Below are positions 16,407 to 23,443 of a stretch of DNA of 26,633 nucleotides, one piece after another; within the stretch, counting starts at the first letter, position 1; every line of letters begins with the position of its first letter. Under the pieces are notes generated by a model, which saw nothing but the letters and a program-made list of their open reading frames with translations, was not told the origin of the DNA and searched no databases. The DNA is taken from the IMG/VR virus record IMGVR_UViG_3300017784_009472, positions 1 to 26,633 of that record; one strand, 5' to 3'. The stretch comes from a virus (lineage: Duplodnaviria > Caudoviricetes). Both the position numbers and the translations under genes were made by a program.

Positions 16407-17417
16407 GTGAAAAATCAAAAAAGCGCGCTTGTTTTAGGTGCCGGTGGGTTTATTGGCAACCATTTAGTTAATAATCTTAAAAATGACGGATATTTTGTCA
16501 GGGGTGTTGATCTTAAGATGCCCGAGTATTCTGAAACAAATGCCGATCAATTCTTTAGAATGGATCTTACAGATTTTAGTGCTGTTAAAAAAGCAATGAA
16601 TGCATCCTGGCACTACAACATGTCAAGTAATGTTAAACCATTTGATGAAGTGTATCAATTAGCTGCAGATATGGGCGGCGCAGGTTATATTTTTACAAAA
16701 GAACATGATGCTAATGTAATGCAGAATTCTGCAACTATTAATCTAAATGTCTGTAGAACAGCAGTAGAATACAATTATACAGACAGTAGAATTTTCTATA
16801 GCAGTAGTGCATGCATGTACCCGGAGCATAATCAATTGGATCCTAATAACCCTAATTGTGAGGAAAGCAGTGCTTATCCTGCAAATCCGGATAGTGAATA
16901 TGGCTGGGAAAAACTTTTTAGTGAGAGATTATATTTAGCTTACAATCGTAATTATAATTTAAATGTACGCATTGCAAGATTTCATAATATTTTTGGTCCG
17001 TTTGGGACCTGGAAGGGTGGCCGCGAAAAAGCACCTGCAGCGATCTGCCGCAAAGTTTTGGAATCAACCGGTGGTATAGAAATTTGGGGTGATGGTAATC
17101 AAACACGCTCATTCTTGTTTATTGATGAATGTATTGAAGGTGTGAGACGTTTAATGAAACAGGATAGTTTTCTTGGCCCGGTAAATATTGGATCAGAAGA
17201 AATGGTCACGATAAATCAGCTTGTAGATATGGCCTGTTCTTTTGAAAATAAAACTCTCGAGAGAAATTATAAACTTGACGGGCCTACAGGTGTGCGTGGC
17301 CGAAATTCTAGCAATAAACTCATACAAGAAAAATTAAATTGGCAACCAAACTATCCTCTTTCTAAAGGTCTTGAAAAAACATATTTTTGGATAAAATCTC
17401 AACTCGAAAAGTGTTGA
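16407..17417 (+). CDS. GDP-mannose 3',5'-epimerase-like extended SDR
   Basis: GAGGFIG, LAADMGGAGYI, YSSSACMYP, YGWEKL, GGREKAPAAICRK, WGDGNQTRSF, GVRGRNS: the signature set of the GME family. Confidence 0.88.
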   Translation: MKNQKSALVLGAGGFIGNHLVNNLKNDGYFVRGVDLKMPEYSETNADQFFRMDLTDFSAVKKAMNASWHYNMSSNVKPFDEVYQLAADMGGAGYIFTKEHDANVMQNSATINLNVCRTAVEYNYTDSRIFYSSSACMYPEHNQLDPNNPNCEESSAYPANPDSEYGWEKLFSERLYLAYNRNYNLNVRIARFHNIFGPFGTWKGGREKAPAAICRKVLESTGGIEIWGDGNQTRSFLFIDECIEGVRRLMKQDSFLGPVNIGSEEMVTINQLVDMACSFENKTLERNYKLDGPTGVRGRNSSNKLIQEKLNWQPNYPLSKGLEKTYFWIKSQLEKC

Positions 17418-17441
17418 TTTTCCTTGCAAAGCATTTATTAT
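17414..17441 (+). promoter_or_regulatory. sigma70-like promoter
   Basis: TTGATT-N16-TATTAT, 6 nt before ATG 17448. Confidence 0.6.
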
Positions 17442-17447
17442 TAAATA

Positions 17448-18032
17448 ATGATTATTAATCAAAAAATATACGACGGCTCACTATTACATTCACGATTTGC
17501 ATATAAATTTTTCCGAGAAAAGACACTACCCATTGGCAATATTATCGCATTTAGAGCACCGATGAAAGTTGAAGCAGAAGGCATGATTGACAGTGAAGAC
17601 ATTCTCAATGCTGATTATATTTACAGTGATGATGCAATTAATTTTCTCTGGGAAATTCCTAACCTTGATGCATTTGGCGCTGTTGCATATCAAAGACTTT
17701 TAAACACCCAGATTGCTAATATTCTCTCTACACAATATCTCAAAGCTCCCATTGAAATGAAGGGCGACGATTTGATTGTTCATAAGGAACACATACAAGG
17801 TAGTGTTGCACAGCCAACGGGCAAATGTAGTGTGAGCATCACATATACAAAGAATAATGTTGCACTTGGTCATACCGGTATTAACATTGTAGCAGGTAAG
17901 AAGGCACCCGCTTTTGCTTACTCCACAAATCTTACTGATGAGCAAGCTAATATCTTCATGGCAGAAGTTATTAATCTGTTTTATAATCTTAACGACGATA
18001 TCTTCATTGCCACAACTAAAGTTATTAGTTAA
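17448..18032 (+). CDS. DUF366-family protein (class II aaRS/biotin-lipoate ligase-like fold)
   Basis: YDGS.L...FAY, IIAFRAP, MID.ED, YQRLL, GDDLIV, GKCSVSI, GHTGINI match the DUF366 pattern as I recall it. Confidence 0.7.
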   Translation: MIINQKIYDGSLLHSRFAYKFFREKTLPIGNIIAFRAPMKVEAEGMIDSEDILNADYIYSDDAINFLWEIPNLDAFGAVAYQRLLNTQIANILSTQYLKAPIEMKGDDLIVHKEHIQGSVAQPTGKCSVSITYTKNNVALGHTGINIVAGKKAPAFAYSTNLTDEQANIFMAEVINLFYNLNDDIFIATTKVIS

Positions 18033-18394
18033 TGGATACAATTTTTGACTTTCTTAACTCCATTCTTTATTCTAAGAGAAGTAGAGAGATAAATCACGAT
18101 AATAATAATTCCTACACACCATTCATGATCAATAGATGGTGTTCTTTTTATAATAAAGAGTTAGCTAGTGTTATCAACATTACTACAAACCGCTTTACTA
18201 ATTTTTCAAAGCAAGAACATTTTTATTTTTTAAAAAATTTTTTACCAAAATACAATTTCAAGAAAATAGACTACGTTAAAAAGAAAAATACAAAGGAAGA
18301 AGAAGAGAGTAAAGAGTTAACAATGTTGGCTCAAAACCTTGAACTCTCTAAAAGAGAGATAAATCATTATATCTTATGTCAAAAATATCTGTAG
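18032..18394 (+). CDS. gp62: clamp loader small subunit (T4 gp62-like)
   Basis: IFDFLNSI, YTPFMINRWCS, HFYFL...LPK, K-rich segment, LSKREI; 120 aa. Confidence 0.75.
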   Translation: MDTIFDFLNSILYSKRSREINHDNNNSYTPFMINRWCSFYNKELASVINITTNRFTNFSKQEHFYFLKNFLPKYNFKKIDYVKKKNTKEEEESKELTMLAQNLELSKREINHYILCQKYL

Positions 18395-18828
18395 ATGCAC
18401 TTGGACCAGTACCAAAAAGTTTAATTGATTTTGCTGATCTACCCAAAAATACGTTTGATTCAGTATTTTTAGGTCACAATCTCAAGCAAGTTCTTGATGA
18501 TGTTATTCTTGCCATCTTTATTGATGAATCAGATAATGGTAAAGAGATTATTCGTAATGGTATTCTTGTACCAGTAAATGCTGAAACAAAAGCATGGCGA
18601 TTGGGCAGAGTTGTTCTTGCAGGCCCAAGTGTGAGATACGCTAAACTCGGTGATGTAATTTGCTTTCCAAATAATATGGGTGTGCCTATTTCAAATATCG
18701 ATGTAGATGGTTACGGCAAAATTAATAAAGGTATCTTTATTAACGAACAGCGCATATTCGGTATTTGCTCTACACGCGAGGACAATGAAAGTAGCCCTAG
18801 GATCGTTAAAAAATCTTCTAGAAAATAA
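18376..18828 (+). CDS. GroES/Cpn10-like co-chaperonin
   Basis: LDDVIL, NGILVP mobile loop, GRVVLAGP, KLGDVICFP, INEQRIFG. Confidence 0.75.
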   Translation: MSKISVDALGPVPKSLIDFADLPKNTFDSVFLGHNLKQVLDDVILAIFIDESDNGKEIIRNGILVPVNAETKAWRLGRVVLAGPSVRYAKLGDVICFPNNMGVPISNIDVDGYGKINKGIFINEQRIFGICSTREDNESSPRIVKKSSRK

Positions 18829-19165
18829 CGTCTGTGAAGTAAAGTTTTCTAGAAAGCGACCTGTTGCAGGTGAGCCGCTTACTCGTAGAATGCTATGCAC
18901 AAACAGTGTTACTCTTCTTAGCAGTGTAAATGGTAAAATTTTATTAAACTACAAGCAGCCAAAAAGAGCACCAAAATTTAACCCAACAAATAAAAATATT
19001 ATCATAACATGGGATATTTTTATGCAAGATTTTAGATGTGTTAATATGGAAAGCTGTGAACTCATAAAAACAATACCTGTTGCCAATGATGAATTTTGGA
19101 AATATTTTAATGAAAAATTACGCTTCATGTCTGCTGCTGAAAAAGAAAGGTTCATGGACACATGA
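18785..19165 (+). CDS. SH3/WYL-like beta-barrel phage protein (DUF2693-like)
   Basis: L.NNVCEVKF.RK...RRMLCT...TWDI..QDFR. Start moved from 18707 to ATG 18785. Confidence 0.6.
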   Translation: MKVALGSLKNLLENNVCEVKFSRKRPVAGEPLTRRMLCTNSVTLLSSVNGKILLNYKQPKRAPKFNPTNKNIIITWDIFMQDFRCVNMESCELIKTIPVANDEFWKYFNEKLRFMSAAEKERFMDT

Positions 19166-19500
19166 GCATTTTAAATTTAGAAAAAGACGTTTCCTCAATC
19201 TTTCAGAAAAATCTTAAATTCAAGATCAATAACAAGACATTGAGAGAAGGAAAGTTGATACTCTTCTCGTTCAAAGAATTTTATCTTCATTTTAAACTCT
19301 GTGTAGGACACAATGCATACAAGTATATTGAGATACCCTACCCTTATACATATAGATTTGAAGACAATAAATTATTTTTTGACTATACAAATGGCACACT
19401 CACAAAAAAAGACAAAGAGTTAGAAACCATTATCAAGCTTTTAAAAAGACAGAAATTTTCAAAATTTTACGATAATACCTTGATCATTGAGTTCTTATAA
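19162..19500 (+). CDS. hypothetical protein
   Basis: 112 aa, ATGA overlap with the upstream gene. Confidence 0.7.
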   Translation: MSILNLEKDVSSIFQKNLKFKINNKTLREGKLILFSFKEFYLHFKLCVGHNAYKYIEIPYPYTYRFEDNKLFFDYTNGTLTKKDKELETIIKLLKRQKFSKFYDNTLIIEFL

Positions 19501-19507
19501 CTACAAT
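19480..19507 (+). promoter_or_regulatory. sigma70-like promoter for the helicase
   Basis: TTGATC-N16-TACAAT, 6 nt before GTG 19514. Confidence 0.6.
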
Positions 19508-19513
19508 TAGCAC

Positions 19514-21142
19514 GTGCAGAAGAAACTAGTTTCATATTTCCCGCAAGACTACTCACCAAGTAAGAGCCAAATACAGCTCATTAACGGTGTAGAGAAGGCT
19601 TTTGCAAAAGGAAAAAAATTTGTAATTTGCTGTGCACCTACAGGCACTGGCAAAAGTTTTCTTGGCAAAACATTAGCCAACTTAAGCTCACCGCCTACAT
19701 CTGCATATGTTAATTTAATTAATAGCTACGATGCATTTAGACAAGATTATAGTGGCAACTATACACATGAAGCAGATGCAAGAAAAGAGCCTGCCTTTGG
19801 AACCTTCACACTCACCATAACAAAATCTCTGCAAGATCAATATGTGAAACTCTTTGAAGATGGCAAGCTTTTAAAAGGCAAGACAAACTATCAATGTCAA
19901 GTAGATACAAATTTTGATGTAGAGTCGGCACCATGTGTATTGGTGAATAAGCTCAAAGAAGATTGCTGGACAAAGAACATATGTCCATATTATACTGCAA
20001 GAAATACCGCTCTTACAGATAAATTTTCTATTTTAAATTATAAAATGTTTTTGTCGCTACCAGATCACGTAAAAAGAAAAAATTTTATTATATGTGATGA
20101 AGCTTCGGAATTGGAAGACGAACTAGTGAGACGATTTTCTGCATTTATAGAATATGATAGATTGAAGAATTATGATGTTAGTGTTGTGCCGCTTGTTACA
20201 GATAGTACTCAAAAGGTTCGCGTGTGGTTGTATGATCTCATTTTCCATCTTAGCGAAATAATAAACACTTTGCAAAACAGACAAACAAAAAAAATTACTA
20301 ATTTATCACCAATAGATAAAATTAAGATTCGCTATCTTAAAAATCTTTACAACAATTTAGTGATTATTGAATCATTATGGGATGAGTGTGAATTTGTTGT
20401 AGAGAAAGATTCACAACGCGCATCATTTACACCATTAAAGGTAGATAAATTGTCAAAATATATTTTTGATTATGGTGAAAATATTTTATTGATGTCTGCT
20501 ACAATCATTGATCACAAGAACTTTGCAAAAACGCTAGGCATAAAAGATTATGAGTATGTGGAAGTTGATTCTACTTTTGAATCATCAAAATCACCCATAT
20601 ATGTAACATCTAAAAATAAGTTAAACTATAAAACTATAAAAACAGAATTGCCGGAAATAGTTAATAAGATTAAGCAAATTTGCGATTTACATAAAGATGC
20701 AAAAGGTGTTATACATACACACACCATGGAGATAACAGAATATATAAAGACCAGATTACATGGGGAAAGATTTCTCTTTCGAGAGCTTGCTTCAAAAAAT
20801 GAAGATATTCTCAAAGAGCATTCCTCAAGTAGCAAACCTACTGTTCTTGTATCACCATCCCTATCGTTTGGTATCGATCTTAAGGATGAATTGGCCAGAT
20901 TTCAAATTATAGTTAAATTGCCATACCTGCCATTGTCTTCCAAGAGGGTTAAGAAGTTATTTGAATTGGATAAGAATTGGTACATTGATAAGATGTTAAA
21001 TGCCATGGTTCAAGCAACAGGAAGAGCCACAAGAAGCAAGAATGATTACTCTGTAACATATATTCTGGATGGAAATATAGTCGATGTTATTAAAACACAC
21101 AAACATAGACTACCAAAATATTTTATTGATAGGATTATATAG
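19514..21142 (+). CDS. DinG/Rad3/XPD-family SF2 helicase with a 4-Cys Fe-S motif
   Basis: Q motif (SQ), APTGTGKS, LQDQY, LKGKTNYQC...C...C...CPYY, ICDEAS, MSAT, GIDLKD, KLPY, QATGRATRSKND, ILD. Confidence 0.92.
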   Translation: MQKKLVSYFPQDYSPSKSQIQLINGVEKAFAKGKKFVICCAPTGTGKSFLGKTLANLSSPPTSAYVNLINSYDAFRQDYSGNYTHEADARKEPAFGTFTLTITKSLQDQYVKLFEDGKLLKGKTNYQCQVDTNFDVESAPCVLVNKLKEDCWTKNICPYYTARNTALTDKFSILNYKMFLSLPDHVKRKNFIICDEASELEDELVRRFSAFIEYDRLKNYDVSVVPLVTDSTQKVRVWLYDLIFHLSEIINTLQNRQTKKITNLSPIDKIKIRYLKNLYNNLVIIESLWDECEFVVEKDSQRASFTPLKVDKLSKYIFDYGENILLMSATIIDHKNFAKTLGIKDYEYVEVDSTFESSKSPIYVTSKNKLNYKTIKTELPEIVNKIKQICDLHKDAKGVIHTHTMEITEYIKTRLHGERFLFRELASKNEDILKEHSSSSKPTVLVSPSLSFGIDLKDELARFQIIVKLPYLPLSSKRVKKLFELDKNWYIDKMLNAMVQATGRATRSKNDYSVTYILDGNIVDVIKTHKHRLPKYFIDRII

Positions 21143-21145
21143 ATA

Positions 21146-21153
21146 GATAAATA
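21146..21153 (+). promoter_or_regulatory. T4-type late promoter
   Basis: GATAAATA, 5 nt before ATG 21159. Confidence 0.65.
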
Positions 21154-21158
21154 ACTAC

Positions 21159-21578
21159 ATGGGTCAAATATCATTAATAGGTCAAGCATTAGCACTACAC
21201 AATTTAGGCACAGATGGTCTCATAACCAGAACTGCAGCTGGTACAGTTGCAGGTAGAACCATATCAAGCGGCACTGGTGTCACAGTAACTAACGGTAATG
21301 GTGTAGCTGGTAACCCTAGTATTGCTTTGGCAGGACAAGCATTAGCATTACACAACATTAATACTGACGGGTTTATATATAGAACAGGTAGTGGTACATT
21401 TACTGCCGCAACAACAGGTGCTACTACTCTTGGTAATGTGCCCTTTTATAATAGTGCACCAGCAACCGCTACATCTGCTGGTAATCCTGGAGCAATTGCT
21501 ATAGCCGCAAACGGTACATTCATGTATGTATGCACTGCTACAAACAAATGGGCCAGGGTAGCTCTACAACCGTTTTAA
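21159..21578 (+). CDS. short fiber-like virion protein with an internal repeat
   Basis: Gly/Thr/Ala-rich; GQALALHN..TDG.I.RT..GT occurs twice; RTI.SGTGVTVTNGNGVAGNP fiber motif; C-terminal G.IA...MYVCTATNKWARVAL module. Confidence 0.7.
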   Translation: MGQISLIGQALALHNLGTDGLITRTAAGTVAGRTISSGTGVTVTNGNGVAGNPSIALAGQALALHNINTDGFIYRTGSGTFTAATTGATTLGNVPFYNSAPATATSAGNPGAIAIAANGTFMYVCTATNKWARVALQPF

Positions 21579-21621
21579 TCTAGAAATTCAGTGAAAAACT
21601 GTTTTTTTAAACTGTGTAGAC

Positions 21622-21629
21622 AATAAATA
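21622..21629 (+). promoter_or_regulatory. T4-type late promoter
   Basis: AATAAATA, 5 nt before ATG 21635. Confidence 0.65.
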
Positions 21630-21634
21630 ATATT

Positions 21635-22309
21635 ATGGCCCTAAAACTATTGGTAGAAAAACCTGCTCCAGAAGAACAATTTGAGTATGTTTTAGAGGAA
21701 AAAAATTCTAAAGGCCCAGCTACCCTGTATATTAACGGCCCATACATGATGGCAGAAGGTGTTAATAAAAACAACAGAGTATATGATGTAAATGAGATGG
21801 CACGTGAAGTAACCCGTTACAGTAACGAGCTTATTAAGAATAACCGTGCCATGGGAGAATTAAATCACCCTGCAACTGCTGATGTTGATTTGGAGAGGGC
21901 TTGTCACCTTGTCACTGAACTCAGACAAGATGGCAATGTGTTTTATGGCAAGTCAAAAGTTTTAACCACACCCATGGGCATGATTGTGCGTTCTCTTGTG
22001 AATGATGGTGTTAAAGTTGGCATGTCATCTCGTGCTTTAGGCAAATTAGAAGAGCAAGACAGTGGTGTGCAACGTGTTACAGAAATGCGCTTAGTGGCAA
22101 TTGATTGTGTTGCAGATCCATCGTTTCCCAAAGCTTTTGTCAATGGTATTCTTGAATCCAAGCAGTTTGTTGTGGAAGCAGATGGCAAGTATGCTGAAGT
22201 GTACGAAACGTTCTCCAACAAACTAAACAAACTACCCAGAGTGGATGTGGAGTCATATCTGAAGGAACAAATATCTAATTTCTTCAAAAAAATGACTCTG
22301 GTAGGATAA
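21635..22309 (+). CDS. gp21: prohead core protease
   Basis: LYINGPYM.AE..NKNNRVY, GELNHP (catalytic His), TPMG, GMSSRALG (catalytic Ser), DCVADPSFPKAFV. Confidence 0.95.
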   Translation: MALKLLVEKPAPEEQFEYVLEEKNSKGPATLYINGPYMMAEGVNKNNRVYDVNEMAREVTRYSNELIKNNRAMGELNHPATADVDLERACHLVTELRQDGNVFYGKSKVLTTPMGMIVRSLVNDGVKVGMSSRALGKLEEQDSGVQRVTEMRLVAIDCVADPSFPKAFVNGILESKQFVVEADGKYAEVYETFSNKLNKLPRVDVESYLKEQISNFFKKMTLVG

Positions 22310-22312
22310 ATA
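22305..22312 (+). promoter_or_regulatory. T4-type late promoter
   Basis: GATAAATA, 5 nt before ATG 22318. Confidence 0.65.
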
Positions 22313-22317
22313 TTTTT

Positions 22318-22470
22318 ATGCAGAAGAATTTAGCCAAGAACGACATCAAGCTTGAAATTAGTCAATTTATTCAAGCAATTTCTGAGAAAAATTTTGCCGC
22401 GGCCAATAAATATTTAAAGAACGCAATTGAAGAGAAAATTAAACATAAAATCTCTGAGGTTGCAAAATAA
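22318..22470 (+). CDS. small prohead core protein, T4 gp67-like (below the ORF-track cutoff)
   Basis: Hand translation MQKNLAKNDIKLEISQFIQAISEKNFAAANKYLKNAIEEKIKHKISEVAK (50 aa); own late promoter; fills the gp21-gp22 gap. Confidence 0.7.
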   Translation: MQKNLAKNDIKLEISQFIQAISEKNFAAANKYLKNAIEEKIKHKISEVAK

Positions 22471-22476
22471 TAATTT

Positions 22477-23364
22477 ATGAAAGAAGTAAAAGACGTACTA
22501 AAAGAAGCAACCAAAGATATACTCTCTGAGGAGACACTTAATGAATTGCAGAACATTTTTAATGAAGCTGTTAACACAAAAGTCAAGCTTCACGTTGAAA
22601 AAGCTCTAATTGAGCAAGATGAAGATTATTCAAACAAGCTGGAAAAGCTTGTCTCTGCTATTGACACAGATCATACAGCAAAGTTAAACAAAGTTTATGA
22701 AGCAGTTGTTGCTGATCATACCAACAAGCTCAAGAACGTTATTGAGAAATATGAAGGCATGTCAAACAATGATGCAAAGAATTTCAAAAATAATTTGGTT
22801 GAAAACATATCAAATTATCTTGAACTTTATATTGATGAAGCAATCCCTGCTGCATCAATCAATGAAGCAGTAAAGAACAAGCGCGCAGTCGCAGTTCTTG
22901 AAAGTATCAAAAAGACTCTCGCCGTTGATGAAGCTCTTGCAAATAGTTGTATTCGCGACGCTGTAATTGATGGTAAGAATCAAATTAATGAAGCTAATAA
23001 AAAGCTTGAAGCTGTTCTCTCAGAGAATGCAGCATTGAAGTCAAAGCTCAAAGAGATTGAATCAAAAAATCTTTTTGCGGAAAAGACAAAAGACATGGAT
23101 CCCAAGAAAGTCGAACAAGTAGTTAGACTTTTTGAAGGCAAGAATCCTGAATTTGTAAAAGAAAACTTTGACTACACTGTTAAAATGTTTGAAAAGTCTG
23201 AGACAGAACGGCTCGAAACTCTAGCCACTGAGGCAGTTGAAGAATCAACTACATCTGAAGTAGATCGCCCTGTTATTGAAGAACAGTTGATAGGCGAAAA
23301 TACAAATCTACCTGCAGCTGAAGATTCATCAAAATACTACCTCAAAGAGCTCAGCAAATACTAA
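22477..23364 (+). CDS. gp22: prohead core scaffolding protein
   Basis: Acidic coiled-coil; IFNEAVNTKV, NLVENISNYLELYIDE; lies between the protease and MCP. Confidence 0.88.
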   Translation: MKEVKDVLKEATKDILSEETLNELQNIFNEAVNTKVKLHVEKALIEQDEDYSNKLEKLVSAIDTDHTAKLNKVYEAVVADHTNKLKNVIEKYEGMSNNDAKNFKNNLVENISNYLELYIDEAIPAASINEAVKNKRAVAVLESIKKTLAVDEALANSCIRDAVIDGKNQINEANKKLEAVLSENAALKSKLKEIESKNLFAEKTKDMDPKKVEQVVRLFEGKNPEFVKENFDYTVKMFEKSETERLETLATEAVEESTTSEVDRPVIEEQLIGENTNLPAAEDSSKYYLKELSKY

Positions 23365-23380
23365 TTTTTTTGCAGTTTCG

Positions 23381-23398
23381 TTGAGGCTTAAGCCTTAA
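23381..23398 (+). other. stem-loop in the major capsid gene leader
   Basis: TTGAGGC-TTAA-GCCTTAA, containing the perfect palindrome AGGCTTAAGCCT at 23384-23395. Confidence 0.55.
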
Positions 23399-23443
23399 TA
23401 GGAAAAAACGGTCGACTATGTTACGGAGAAATTTATTCATATT

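Noticed and set aside
7873-17417. Bacterial O-antigen/capsule locus or prophage seroconversion cassette
   Set aside because: No wzx/wzy/wzm/gtrAB-type membrane genes; embedded among T4-like genes and shares their promoter pattern.
19514-21142. CasDinG / type IV CRISPR system
   Set aside because: No repeat-spacer array or cas-like genes in the window.
21589-21608. CAGT-GAAAA-ACTG-T7 possible terminator
   Set aside because: A 4-bp stem is too weak to call.
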